Origin: Candidatus Nitrosomaritimum aestuariumsis
GTDB lineage: Archaea; Thermoproteota; Nitrososphaeria; Nitrososphaerales; Nitrosopumilaceae
Length of the DNA stretch: 52,801 nucleotides
Reading direction: 5' to 3'
Assembly (NCBI GenBank): GCA_013867335.1
Contig: JACEMX010000136.1
Location: forward strand, 1-52,801
The notes beneath the pieces are model-generated. The model worked only from the letters and a program-made list of their open reading frames with translations. It was not told the origin of the DNA and did not search any database. The translations under genes and the position numbers were made by a program. Each line of letters begins with the position of its first letter. Positions within the stretch are counted from its first letter, which is position 1. This document shows positions 18,115 through 27,670 of this stretch, one piece after another.

Positions 18115-18261
18115 GGCGTGCCCCCTTACTGCAGAACTATGAGAGATTTCCTCTCGTTGTCAGGTCTTTGAAAGCCTGATTGCCTTTTTCGTTCTGCGGA
18201 GCCACGCATCTTTAGTCGATAGGATTGATGTCCTTCGGCATTAATCGTCATAGTTGTTTTT
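18115..18261. ncRNA. Unclassified GC-rich structured RNA candidate (three-way junction plus 3' hairpin)
   Basis: Helices GCGTG (18116-20) / CACGC (18203-07) and CTGCAGAAC (18129-37) / GTTCTGCGG (18191-99). Hairpins GAGAG-ATTTC-CTCTC (18141-55), CAGGT...GCCTG (18161-78) and GATTGATG-TCCTTCGG-CATTAATC (18223-46). The plus strand has an internal T5 (18185-89), while the minus strand has no internal T4 run. Confidence 0.35.
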
Positions 18262-18429
18262 ACTATTTATGATTTAGAAAAAAAAATTGTATAGTTTTAT
18301 AATTTTTTTAAAAAAGATAGAACAAATGATTAATGTTTTATTTTGTAAATGAGACAAAAATTTCTCAAATGGAAATAGCATTAAAAAAATTGGAAGAGGT
18401 ATAAATTACGAAATTCTAGGGAATAGTTA

Positions 18430-19173
18430 TTGAGATTAGACGGAAAAGTTGCAATAATTACTGGTGGAAGTAGAGGTATTGGCTTTGAAACTGCTAAAAT
18501 ATTTTCAAAAAATGGAGCAACAGTTGTAATTACTTCTAAAAATGTAGACCAGTTAGAGAATGCATCAAATCAACTTACTGATGTTTTCCCCATTTCGGCG
18601 GATATAACTAAGGAGGAGGAAGTTGAAAAAGTAGTAGAGAAAACAGTCGAAAAATTTGGGAGATTAGATATTTTGGTGAATAACGCAGGTGTTTTGCCCA
18701 AGATAAAACAGTTACATGAAATTTCAGAATTAGAGTGGAATGAAGTCCTAAATGTAAATTTGAATGGGCAATTCAGATTCACAAAATTTTCAATACCTTA
18801 CCTGCAAAAAACTTCTGGTACAATTGTTAATGTGTCCTCTGATGCAGGATTAAAGGCATATGAAGGATTTAATGCTGATGCATATTCTGCTTCAAAAGCG
18901 GCTTTAATTGCATTGACTAAGTGTTGGTCATTAGAATATGCAAAAAATAAAATTCGTGTTAATTGTGTTTGTCCTGGCGTAGTTGATACTGATATGACTA
19001 AGCCATTTTTAAAAACCGGAAAAGACAGAGAATTTATGGATAACGATCATCCTATTGGACGAATAGGAACTCCAGAGGATGTTGCAAAATCTATTTTGTT
19101 TTTAGCTTCCGAAGATTCCTCGTGGACTACGGGGGCTATTTTTGCCGTGGATGGAGGACAATCTACAAAATAA
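18430..19173 (+). CDS. Short-chain dehydrogenase/reductase (FabG-like)
   Basis: TGGSRGIG, NNAG and YSASK motifs. A TTG start is required to include the Rossmann motif. Confidence 0.85.
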   Translation: MRLDGKVAIITGGSRGIGFETAKIFSKNGATVVITSKNVDQLENASNQLTDVFPISADITKEEEVEKVVEKTVEKFGRLDILVNNAGVLPKIKQLHEISELEWNEVLNVNLNGQFRFTKFSIPYLQKTSGTIVNVSSDAGLKAYEGFNADAYSASKAALIALTKCWSLEYAKNKIRVNCVCPGVVDTDMTKPFLKTGKDREFMDNDHPIGRIGTPEDVAKSILFLASEDSSWTTGAIFAVDGGQSTK

Positions 19174-19214
19174 ATTCACATGAGTTTAATATTCCCCAAA
19201 TTGTAGAAGATGTG

Positions 19215-19421
19215 ATGACTGATAGGAAAAAGAAAGCAAAATTAATTATTTTGCTAGGTATCATATGGGTAGTTGTTACTTTACCTCTTCCTTGGATAAT
19301 TAATAATCCAGCAGTTTCAGACTCTCAACTAAATACAATATTATCTATTATTGGAATATTATCAATTCCATTTATCATGCTTGGAGTAGCATGGACTTTA
19401 AAGCCTGAGCTGACAACATAG
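19215..19421 (+). CDS. Small two-TM membrane protein
   Basis: The track ORF 19122-19421 overlaps the SDR 3' end. The ATG at 19215 gives MTDRKKKAKLIILLGIIWVV..., which has two hydrophobic helices. Confidence 0.45.
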   Translation: MTDRKKKAKLIILLGIIWVVVTLPLPWIINNPAVSDSQLNTILSIIGILSIPFIMLGVAWTLKPELTT

Positions 19422-19430
19422 GTAATAGGA

Positions 19431-20246
19431 TTGTATGATATTCCAATTTCAAATAAATTTCCAGAGATGGATATTGCATTACAGGCAGTAAAAGAGGCAG
19501 GAAGTGCAATTTTAGAAATCTATGGAGAAAAATATCAAACTTCTACCAAGAATGATAACTCTCCCATTACAGAAGCAGATGTAAAAAGTAATGAAATAAT
19601 CAAGAGTATTCTATCTAAAACATCCTATCAGATTTTGTCTGAAGAAGATAAGGATGATAAAAGTAGATTATCGAAAGATACAATTTGGATTGTGGATCCA
19701 TTAGATGGAACTTCAGATTTTATTGATAAAACTGGGGAATTTACAGTTATGATAGCTTTAGTTAAAGATCAAAAGCCAATTTTAGGTGTAATTGGATGGC
19801 CAACAGAAGAAACCATTTTTGCTGCTCAAAAAGATAATGGTGCATTTAGATATTCAGAAGGGCAATGGAAAAAAATTTCAGTAACAGAAATTTCTGAATT
19901 GTCAAAATGTAGAGCAGTTGGTTCTAGACATCATCTATCGGATAGAGAGAAAATGTTTATAGAAAAATTAGGAATTGAAAATTTTACAAGTATTGGGAGC
20001 TCATTGAAGGTTGGAAAAATTAGTTCTGGTGAGGCTGAGGCATATATCACTACTACAAATAAAATGAAAGAATGGGATTCTGCTGCTTCACATTGTATTA
20101 TTAATGAGGCTGGTGGTAAAATGACAGATATGTTAGGAAATGAGATTACTTACAATAATGAAATTGTAAATCATCAAAATGGAATTTTGGTGACCAATGG
20201 TCTAATTCATAATAAAATATTGGAAGAATTTAAAAAATTAGATTAG
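19431..20246 (+). CDS. cysQ: Inositol-monophosphatase-family phosphatase, probably 3'(2'),5'-bisphosphate nucleotidase (CysQ-like)
   Basis: Metal-site motifs ILSEED, WIVDPLDGT and WDSAA. Convergent with and overlapping cysC. The start is uncertain (TTG 19431 or ATG 19467). Confidence 0.65.
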   Translation: MYDIPISNKFPEMDIALQAVKEAGSAILEIYGEKYQTSTKNDNSPITEADVKSNEIIKSILSKTSYQILSEEDKDDKSRLSKDTIWIVDPLDGTSDFIDKTGEFTVMIALVKDQKPILGVIGWPTEETIFAAQKDNGAFRYSEGQWKKISVTEISELSKCRAVGSRHHLSDREKMFIEKLGIENFTSIGSSLKVGKISSGEAEAYITTTNKMKEWDSAASHCIINEAGGKMTDMLGNEITYNNEIVNHQNGILVTNGLIHNKILEEFKKLD

Positions 20247-20753
20247 ATTTCTTCCTTTGAGGAATTCCTTAACTTTTTCTGCACTCTGTGAAAGAGGCTC
20301 ATTTTCTGTGTCCACTACAAGATCTGCTTTTTCTGGTGCTTCATAAGGATCGTCAATTCCTGTAAATCCTTTGATCTCACCTTTTCTTGCTTTTGCATAC
20401 ATACCTTTGACATCTCTTTCTTCACATTTTGCTAGTGAACATTTTATGTAGCATTCTGCAAATTGATCACCTGCATCAATAATCTCCCTTGCTTTTTCTC
20501 TATTTTCTAGATATGGAGAAACTAAAGAGACTGCACTTGGAACACCGTGTTTTAGCAAAAGTTTAGCTAAATGAGCAACTTTTTTGTTATGCTCATCTCT
20601 TCCTTCTTTTGAAAAATCCTTAGGCGAGAACCATTCTCTTAGTTCGTCACCATCGAGCATTGCCAAATTAGGAATGTCTTTTTGCAAATCTTTAACGATC
20701 GTAGTCTTACCTGAACAAGGAAGACCAGTCATCCAAAGAACAAATGGTTTCAT
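20238..20753 (-). CDS. cysC: Adenylylsulfate (APS) kinase
   Basis: P-loop GLPCSGKTT, LDGDELR, and size of about 170 aa. Confidence 0.9.
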   Translation of the reverse strand: MKPFVLWMTGLPCSGKTTIVKDLQKDIPNLAMLDGDELREWFSPKDFSKEGRDEHNKKVAHLAKLLLKHGVPSAVSLVSPYLENREKAREIIDAGDQFAECYIKCSLAKCEERDVKGMYAKARKGEIKGFTGIDDPYEAPEKADLVVDTENEPLSQSAEKVKEFLKGRNLI

Positions 20754-20791
20754 GTAAGTATTTGTGAGAAATTAGACATAAAGAGCTTACG

Positions 20792-21352
20792 TTAAATTTG
20801 AAACCATGGTCGATTTTCTAAATAATCAATTTCTTTAATCATATCTTCTTTCTTTTTTGTTATTGCCGTTACCGATCTGTATTGTTCATACATCTCAATT
20901 TCTTCTTCCTTTGATAGAACTTCAGCTTCGGCTTGGTCAAAAAATTTGTTTTCTTTGTTAAGATGATCATAAAGATATACCGAATATGTTCTCAAGAATC
21001 TAGAGACTGGCTCTCTTGCGTCTTCTCCTTTTTTCCATCTTTGTAGGTGTTTTGTGATTTCACGTGCAATATTTCTTCCAAATTCATGTTCAATCATAAA
21101 TTTTCGAATTTCTTCTTTTAGGGTATCATAACTTGCTACGCAGGGAAAATAGGAGTTTTCTTCTCTAGAATGATGAATGGTATCTACAAACTCATAGATG
21201 ACTATTGTGATTTTTTCAATGTCTGAAAATGGTATATTTGATCCATTTGTTATTTTTTCAGCACATTTTTCAATTATTTTTTGAAGACGACGAACTTGAT
21301 CATGATCTGCTCTAAGCTCCTCAGTTGCGCTCATAATCATATAAGATTCCAA
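20792..21352 (-). CDS. Hemerythrin-like (HHE cation-binding) domain protein
   Basis: Spaced His/Glu pattern: LRADHDQV, IHHSREENSYFP, EHEFGR, HLNKENKFF. Confidence 0.55.
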   Translation of the reverse strand: MESYMIMSATEELRADHDQVRRLQKIIEKCAEKITNGSNIPFSDIEKITIVIYEFVDTIHHSREENSYFPCVASYDTLKEEIRKFMIEHEFGRNIAREITKHLQRWKKGEDAREPVSRFLRTYSVYLYDHLNKENKFFDQAEAEVLSKEEEIEMYEQYRSVTAITKKKEDMIKEIDYLENRPWFQI

Positions 21353-21445
21353 GCTAAAATTTAATGTGTTCTAAAAAATTAAGGCTGAATCAATCCAGAT
21401 CAATAGATTGAGATTTTAATAGATCCTAATTTAGAGCAAAAAGGT

Positions 21446-22825
21446 ATGAATCCGATTTTTTTTGGAATAATTGAGCTAATTAGAGGACAATTGGGAGATA
21501 TTCCATCTTTAAGTAATTTTGATACTAATTTTATTTTAGAAAAGATAAATGAATTTGAAAGTTTCCTTGGGACTCTAAGTCAAGATGGGCCCATAGCTTC
21601 TGCTCATGTAATTTTGTTGGCAGCCGGAGTTGTGATTTTTTTTGGAGTTGCTGGTGAGGCTTTTTTCAAAAAAACTGGAATTCCTGATGTTGCATTTTTG
21701 ATGGTGCTTGGAGTAATAATTGGACCAATTTTTGGAATTATTCAACCCGAAGCTGTAATACAGATTGTTCCATATTTTGCGGCACTGGCTTTGATAATCA
21801 TCATGTTTGATGGTGGATTAAATCTAGATCTTAAACATATGGTAAAAACAGCTCATTTTGCTTTTACATTAGCTATTCTAGGTTTTGTTTTATCAGTGGC
21901 AATTACTACTGTTGCTGTACATTATCTTCTAGACTGGTCCTGGTTAGAGAGTATTCTGCTTGGTTCAATTGTAGGTGGAAGCAGTTCGGCAATTGTATTT
22001 GGTCTTGTCAGAAATATCAGAATATCTGAGGAGACAAAAAATATGCTTAGTTTTGAATCTGCCTTGACAGATATTCTATCTACAATTGTTGCTTTTATTT
22101 TATTTGGTGCAATTCTTGTAGGACAATTCGATCTTCAGGTATTGCAAGAAACTTTGGGAAGATCAGTTGTTGTTGGGCTGGTACTAGGTTTTGGAGTTGG
22201 AATTCCTTGGATGTATGTTTCAACTAAACTTAGTAACGCTCAACACTCCTATATGCTTACATTAGGAATTTTGTTTTTGTTATTCTTCTTAGCAAATTCG
22301 TTAGGAGAATCAGGTGCCCTTACAGCTTTGGTATTTGGGTTAATGTTAGGAAATAAGAAGCATCTTGCAAGAATTTTAAAATTCAAACTTCCCAGAATTG
22401 AAGTTGATGATCCTACTCACAACCAGCTGACATTTTTGGTTAGAGTGTTCTTTTTTGTATTTGTAGGATTAATGGCAAGTATAGGAAAATACGAATATGT
22501 AATAATTGGAATTGGAATCACAATTTTAATTTATTTTGGAAGGATAATCGTAGCAAAATTAACACTCACAAAAAGATTTTCGTTGTTGGATAGACGAGTA
22601 ACCTATTCGATGATTCCAAGAGGTTTAGCCGCAGCAGTTCTAGCAACTTTTCCCTTAACATTAGGATTGCCAAATGCTGAGATTTATTCCCAAATTGTTT
22701 TTGTCATAATATTATCATCTGTAATAATTACAACTATTGGTTTGAGTAGATCAAAAAAGATTCCTCCTCCAGATCCAAAAGAGGGAGGATTTATTAAGAA
22801 ACCACCAGAGGATTCCCAAAAATAG
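21446..22825 (+). CDS. Monovalent cation/proton antiporter (Na+/H+ exchanger family)
   Basis: About 11-12 TM helices and the FDGGLNLD motif typical of CPA-family exchangers. Confidence 0.75.
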   Translation: MNPIFFGIIELIRGQLGDIPSLSNFDTNFILEKINEFESFLGTLSQDGPIASAHVILLAAGVVIFFGVAGEAFFKKTGIPDVAFLMVLGVIIGPIFGIIQPEAVIQIVPYFAALALIIIMFDGGLNLDLKHMVKTAHFAFTLAILGFVLSVAITTVAVHYLLDWSWLESILLGSIVGGSSSAIVFGLVRNIRISEETKNMLSFESALTDILSTIVAFILFGAILVGQFDLQVLQETLGRSVVVGLVLGFGVGIPWMYVSTKLSNAQHSYMLTLGILFLLFFLANSLGESGALTALVFGLMLGNKKHLARILKFKLPRIEVDDPTHNQLTFLVRVFFFVFVGLMASIGKYEYVIIGIGITILIYFGRIIVAKLTLTKRFSLLDRRVTYSMIPRGLAAAVLATFPLTLGLPNAEIYSQIVFVIILSSVIITTIGLSRSKKIPPPDPKEGGFIKKPPEDSQK

Positions 22826-22841
22826 TTCTAAAATAATTCTT

Positions 22842-23138
22842 TTAAGTTTTAAGTTTGTTTTTTATGGTTTGGATATATTTTTGATTATATTCAGTAAATA
22901 GTCTGATTTTATCTTGAGCAAGAGCCATAGCTCCTGGTCTACTATTAACGTGCTTTCCTGCAATTTCTTGATCCTCTAATAATTTTTCCAAGTATTCTTT
23001 AGTATGTGATTCAAGTTGGTTCGTTAATTGATTTAATTCAGTATCTAGCAAATTTTTTGTATCAGGTATTGCAGGTGGAAATGCTCCAATAATTTCTTTA
23101 GTGGTAATTTTTCCAAAAATTTTTCTATCTAATTCCAT
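22842..23138 (-). CDS. Hypothetical protein
   Basis: 98-aa ORF with helical, charged composition. No motif recognised. Confidence 0.45.
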   Translation of the reverse strand: MELDRKIFGKITTKEIIGAFPPAIPDTKNLLDTELNQLTNQLESHTKEYLEKLLEDQEIAGKHVNSRPGAMALAQDKIRLFTEYNQKYIQTIKNKLKT

Positions 23139-23314
23139 TAGTTTTTTCCTCCACTAATTGTATTATAAATTAAATTTTCAAGAATTTTAAGTTTTAATAT
23201 CAAATTCATGTATTTTAACAAATTTTGTTATTTATTCCCCAAGGTAATTATCAACTGTGAGATTAGAATTTATGATATAATATTATCAGAACCAAATTTT
23301 AGGACAAGTGGTAA

Positions 23315-23527
23315 ATGATGACATATTGTATTGGTAAATGTAAGAATTACAAAGCACAAAAACCCCCGAGAATAGGAAGATATGCTGCTGGACAAAAAAG
23401 ATGTAACTATTGTGAAGTTTTTGTAGATTATGAAGGAATTACATGTCCTTGTTGTAATAGGCAACTACGATGTCTTCCAAGAAGTAGAAAAGGAAAAGAA
23501 CGATATCTTGAACAAATCGTATCTTAA
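23315..23527 (+). CDS. Small Cys-rich zinc-ribbon protein
   Basis: Cys pairs CIGKC, CNYC and CPCC plus one further Cys in 70 aa, with a basic tail. Confidence 0.55.
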   Translation: MMTYCIGKCKNYKAQKPPRIGRYAAGQKRCNYCEVFVDYEGITCPCCNRQLRCLPRSRKGKERYLEQIVS

Positions 23528-23580
23528 ATCCAAGTAAAAAATAAAGTGCTTATTTAGTAGGTTATACTATTAGTGATAAG

Positions 23581-23853
23581 ATGCCAATTCCAGAAGATGT
23601 TCAGGATTATGTAGAAAAACAGATCAACTTAATGATTTCACAGACGGAAGCATACTTGCCTTTTATCAAAGTTGCTTTTCCATATTCAAAAAATTTAGCC
23701 GATGCATGTTACAACCTAATAGTAGGTAGTGCAGTTTCAATTTTTGTAAATCAATATGCAATGAGACTAAAGTATCCAAGTGCAGAGGATTTCACTGAAT
23801 TTGGAAAGATTACTGTAAAGTATAGAGATCAAATTGATCAGTTTTTCAAATAA
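23581..23853 (+). CDS. Hypothetical protein
   Basis: 90-aa ORF with protein-like composition, zero-gap convergent with hsp20. Confidence 0.45.
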   Translation: MPIPEDVQDYVEKQINLMISQTEAYLPFIKVAFPYSKNLADACYNLIVGSAVSIFVNQYAMRLKYPSAEDFTEFGKITVKYRDQIDQFFK

Positions 23854-24246
23854 TTATTCTATTTTGATTTTATGACCTGAAATCTCTTTTGGTATTGTAA
23901 TAGTTAATCGTCCTTTAGTAAATTTGGCCTTTGTCTTTTTACTATCAATTTTACCTGGAAGTGTCAGTGTTTTTTTAAAATACTCGAATTTAGTTTTAAT
24001 TCCTAATTTTTCTTCAGAATAAGTTTCTTTTAATTTTGCTTCGACAGAAATCGCGTTTCCATTAAATGTGATTTTAATATCTTTTTTATTTACTAGTGGA
24101 AGATCAAATTCTAGCAACCAATTGCTCCCAAATTCTCTTAAACAAGATAAAGGGGAGAGAATTTGTTTTTCGATATCATCATTTAGTAAGGAGCTAAAAG
24201 CTGGTTGTAAAGTTCTAATTTTATACTCATCTTTATTTTCAACCAT
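23854..24246 (-). CDS. hsp20: Small heat-shock protein (Hsp20/alpha-crystallin)
   Basis: Alpha-crystallin domain pattern: IKITFNGNAISVEAKLKE...FKKTLTLPGKIDSKKTKAKFTKGRLTITIPK. Confidence 0.75.
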   Translation of the reverse strand: MVENKDEYKIRTLQPAFSSLLNDDIEKQILSPLSCLREFGSNWLLEFDLPLVNKKDIKITFNGNAISVEAKLKETYSEEKLGIKTKFEYFKKTLTLPGKIDSKKTKAKFTKGRLTITIPKEISGHKIKIE

Positions 24247-24250
24247 AAAA

Positions 24251-24979
24251 TCACCTATAAATTTGGGGGGCTCTTCCCGGTTGTTTTTCCTGTTGCTGCT
24301 GTTGTAGGGAACGAATGGTTTCTTCCATTAAGTTTCTATGCTGAATGCGTAATCGTTCAATTTTCTTCTTTATGTCAGTGGTGTCTACTTTGACGTTTAG
24401 TATTTTGGCAAGGGTTGTGATTGCTACAATTGAAGCTTCTGGATCTGGGAAAAAAGGATGGCATTCAGCATACAAAATTAGGGCAGGGGTTTTTGATTTT
24501 CTAAAGGCTGTAATCATAGCTGCATCGGTTCCAAAAATAGATCCTGCCAAAAACTTAGAGATTCCACAATCATAGAGTAATTTTTCTAGTGATTGGTGAG
24601 TAACCAATCCAAAAATTTTTGGTGCCTTAGGGTCTCTGTTTACAGTCTCCATTCCACTAGTGATGATTATTTTTTTAATTTGATTTTTTTTGCAGTATTC
24701 TAATATTGATTGAGCAAAATCATATGCCACAAAGGGATCAAAAGGAAGATCTGACATGATTACATAAAGATTATTTTTTTTATAGATTCGGATGGGGGGA
24801 AGAATTTCACCGTCTTCGACAAATAATGTTGGAGGAAGATCTGGATGATCAATTTCACCTATCTGTTTCATCTTTAAATGATGAACCAAATATGAAATGG
24901 TAAATGTACCTACCAGACCGTTACTAGGAAATCCTACAAGTAATACGCTTTCTTTAGTAGATTTTTTGCTAACTTGCAT
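24251..24979 (-). CDS. PAC2-family (proteasome assembly chaperone-like) protein
   Basis: N-terminal LVGFPSNGLVGTFTISYLV and overall size fit the archaeal PAC2/DUF75 family. Gln-rich C-terminal tail. Confidence 0.5.
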   Translation of the reverse strand: MQVSKKSTKESVLLVGFPSNGLVGTFTISYLVHHLKMKQIGEIDHPDLPPTLFVEDGEILPPIRIYKKNNLYVIMSDLPFDPFVAYDFAQSILEYCKKNQIKKIIITSGMETVNRDPKAPKIFGLVTHQSLEKLLYDCGISKFLAGSIFGTDAAMITAFRKSKTPALILYAECHPFFPDPEASIVAITTLAKILNVKVDTTDIKKKIERLRIQHRNLMEETIRSLQQQQQEKQPGRAPQIYR

Positions 24980-24981
24980 AA

Positions 24982-26169
24982 TTAGAATACTGGTAAACCC
25001 ATTTTTCTAATACTTGTCTTTGATCTTCGTTTTGCTTTTTTGGAAAGATTTCTCAATAGCTTTTGACTAAGATCTTCTAAAACCTCACCAAGATCAAAGC
25101 CTAGAGATTTGTAAATTAATGGAGTATGATGGGATGTAGTAATCATTATTGTTACATCGAATTTGCCTTCTTTTTTTCCACCACTTCTTTGTTTTTTAAT
25201 AGATACTCTAGCTTCATGGATTTCAGAATAAGTTTGTTGTAATCTTTTGAGGGTTTTTTCAAATTTGGAAGTAATTAATTTGATATCGCCTTGATCTTCT
25301 GGCATTCCAACTATGAATAATGGAATTTGTGCTTCTATTTTTGTTGCTAATAATCCAAGTATGTCTTTGAATGTAATTATTCCTTGTAGATTATCCCATA
25401 GATTTACTAGGCAACATGTTGTGTCTGTTTTTAACATTAATTTTAAAATTTTATTCAAGTCGTCATTAGGGGAACATTGAGGGACTCTTGTACTACCAAT
25501 ATTTCCGATTCTTGATTCTAATTTATGAACTCTATTAGCACCGCGAGATAAGCGACCTAAGCTTTCTTTTGGGATTATTGTCTCAATGAGATGAGATGAT
25601 GTTAAAACTTGTTTTATTTTGTCTTTGTTGAGTACTGGAAGATGATCTATTTTCTTACTTATCATTATTCGTTTTGCAGTACTGAGAGGTTCATCTGATG
25701 TAACTGTAACAGGATTTTGAGTATAAATCAAATTTGCTTTTATCCATTTGTTGTCCTTAGAGGAAAGTAGTTTGATTATTTTTTTTGCAGTTACCACTCC
25801 AATGATTTTATTTTGACTGACAACAGGAACTTCTCTTGTTCTATAATGAGTCATTATGTGAGATGCTTTTTGTATAGAATCATTTGGAGAAACATAAGGA
25901 ATGGGGGAAAGATAGGGTTCTACCTTCATTGAAGTAATATTTTTTGCATTAAGCAACGACAGAATATTTGTAGAAAATGTATTTTTTCTATTAATGTAAA
26001 ATGCGTCATATGCCTTGTTTTTAATAATTTTGTTGATTACAGAAGAAAGTGTATCTGTTGATTCGATAATTGTAGGTTTTGAAACAAAATTCTTAATTTT
26101 TGTAGTTTGAATATCTTCTAGGTGCTCATAAATTGTATCAGTGATCATCTTTCTTATTTGATTCAGCAC
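24982..26169 (-). CDS. Four-CBS (two Bateman modules) protein with a C-terminal S30AE/HPF-like domain (tentative)
   Basis: Four CBS-like repeats. The last ~100 aa (PLFIVGM...DIKLITSKFEKTLKRLQQTY..ARVSIKK...FDVTIMITTSHHTPLIYKSLGFDLGEVLEDLSQKLLRNLSKKAKRR) follow the beta-alpha-beta-beta-beta-alpha pattern of ribosome hibernation factors. GTG start. Confidence 0.45.
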   Translation of the reverse strand: MLNQIRKMITDTIYEHLEDIQTTKIKNFVSKPTIIESTDTLSSVINKIIKNKAYDAFYINRKNTFSTNILSLLNAKNITSMKVEPYLSPIPYVSPNDSIQKASHIMTHYRTREVPVVSQNKIIGVVTAKKIIKLLSSKDNKWIKANLIYTQNPVTVTSDEPLSTAKRIMISKKIDHLPVLNKDKIKQVLTSSHLIETIIPKESLGRLSRGANRVHKLESRIGNIGSTRVPQCSPNDDLNKILKLMLKTDTTCCLVNLWDNLQGIITFKDILGLLATKIEAQIPLFIVGMPEDQGDIKLITSKFEKTLKRLQQTYSEIHEARVSIKKQRSGGKKEGKFDVTIMITTSHHTPLIYKSLGFDLGEVLEDLSQKLLRNLSKKAKRRSKTSIRKMGLPVF

Positions 26170-26220
26170 CCATTTTTAAATTAAAAGAAAACCCTAGATT
26201 TCCAAAATTGATTTTCATGC

Positions 26221-27132
26221 GTGATATTTGAGTTCATATATTTAACCCAAAAAACCGAAGAAACTGTATTGTTATTAAAAAAAGCAGAACTTAACCAGAT
26301 AATTATTAAAAAAACTATAACAATCACTCCAAATACATCCCTACTCGAAGCCCGAGAAATTCTTCTTCGACATAATTTAAAGCGATTAGTGGTGATAAAT
26401 TCTAAAAAATGTCCAGTAGGCATTATTACTGAAAAGGATATAGCAAAAACCATCTATGCATTAGGAGACAAGCCGATTAAATCTGTCAAAGTTTCAGGGT
26501 TTATGTCAAAAAAATTATTCACTGTAAACCAAACTGCTTCCATTTATGATTGTGCTAAATTAATGAGAAGGCATAGAATAAGTTCAATTATTGTTTTAGG
26601 AAAGAAGGGTGTTTTGGAAGGATTAGTTACAAAAACTGATCTTGCATCAATTTTTCTAACACATGCAATAGCACCTCTAAAAGTCTCAAAAATAATGACT
26701 AGAAAAGTAATTACCGCAATGCCTGGAGATTCATTACTTTATGTTGAAAGTTTACTAATTCATAATAGAATATCCAGAATCGTAATTGAACGAAATAAAG
26801 TTCCTGTCGGAATTATTACCTATCGAGATTTTGTACCTGCAAAATTACCTCATTGGATTGCACAGTATGCGGATCCAAAAGAAGTTGAAAATTATAGAAC
26901 AAAAAAAGATCTCAGTGATTTTCAGGTAAACCAAATGAGTCATCTTCTCCATTTTAAGGCCGTTGATATTATGGCATCAAATCCAATTGTAGTAAAAGCA
27001 GATGAAGATGTTAGTGTTGCCGTATTGTTAATGATAAGGAATAGGATTAGCGGATTGCCAGTAGTAAAAAATTCAAAACTTGTCGGAATTGTTACCAAGG
27101 CCGATATTGTAAAAGCTATTGCAAAAGCTTAA
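26221..27132 (+). CDS. Stand-alone four-CBS-domain protein
   Basis: Four repeats of the CBS pattern (e.g. RLVVINSKKCPVGIITEKDI, SSIIVLGKKGVLEGLVTKTDL, SRIVIERNKVPVGIITYRDF, SGLPVVKNSKLVGIVTKADI). GTG start. Confidence 0.75.
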   Translation: MIFEFIYLTQKTEETVLLLKKAELNQIIIKKTITITPNTSLLEAREILLRHNLKRLVVINSKKCPVGIITEKDIAKTIYALGDKPIKSVKVSGFMSKKLFTVNQTASIYDCAKLMRRHRISSIIVLGKKGVLEGLVTKTDLASIFLTHAIAPLKVSKIMTRKVITAMPGDSLLYVESLLIHNRISRIVIERNKVPVGIITYRDFVPAKLPHWIAQYADPKEVENYRTKKDLSDFQVNQMSHLLHFKAVDIMASNPIVVKADEDVSVAVLLMIRNRISGLPVVKNSKLVGIVTKADIVKAIAKA

Positions 27133-27133
27133 T

Positions 27134-27562
27134 CTATTTTACAATCAGCACTGAACATGGAGAATTGTTTGCAAGCTTATTTGAAACACTTCCAAGGAAA
27201 AATCTTGCTGTTGCACCCAAGCCTTTACTTCCAACAATAATCAAATTACATTTTTTATTCTTCGCAAGTTTTACTATTTCATTTGTTACATTCCCTTCTT
27301 TCATGATAGTAGTTACATCCATACCTTTAGTCTGAGCAGTTTCTTTTCCTTTAATGAGAACTTTTTCTCCAAATTTTCTAAGCATTTTCAAGTATTCATT
27401 TTTATCCAATAAATTTAGAGAGCGTGTTTTATCAACTACATATACCAAAATTAGATTAGCCTGATAATTTTTAGCCATATCACAAGCCTGAAGAAGAGCT
27501 TTCTTAGAATAATCAGATCCATCCAAAGGAACCAAAATATTCATGTAAAGAGATTTTCTCAT
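27134..27562 (-). CDS. Universal stress protein (UspA family)
   Basis: ILVPLDGS near the N-terminus and a C-terminal GSKGLGATARFFLGSVSNKLANNSPCSVLIVK ATP-binding motif. Confidence 0.85.
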   Translation of the reverse strand: MRKSLYMNILVPLDGSDYSKKALLQACDMAKNYQANLILVYVVDKTRSLNLLDKNEYLKMLRKFGEKVLIKGKETAQTKGMDVTTIMKEGNVTNEIVKLAKNKKCNLIIVGSKGLGATARFFLGSVSNKLANNSPCSVLIVK

Positions 27563-27670
27563 GATAAAAAAAATATAATTGACGAATATTAAACTAAACT
27601 CTTGAAAATCAATTAATCAGATAGTTATTAAAACTGATATTCTTGAACTGATATTAAATGATAAAATTAA

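Noticed and set aside
18161-18178. Hairpin with loop TTTGAAA read as a tRNA anticodon arm (UGA on plus, UCA on minus, the latter hinting at tRNA-Sec)
   Set aside because: The surrounding sequence lacks D-arm and T-arm features. The putative acceptor stem has a C-C mismatch and wrong spacing. It is not a tRNA by any layout I tried.
26181-26453. 90-aa minus-strand ORF across the CBS gene start
   Set aside because: It overlaps the 5' end of the four-CBS gene (26221-27132) and the divergent promoter, with a hydrophobic low-complexity translation.
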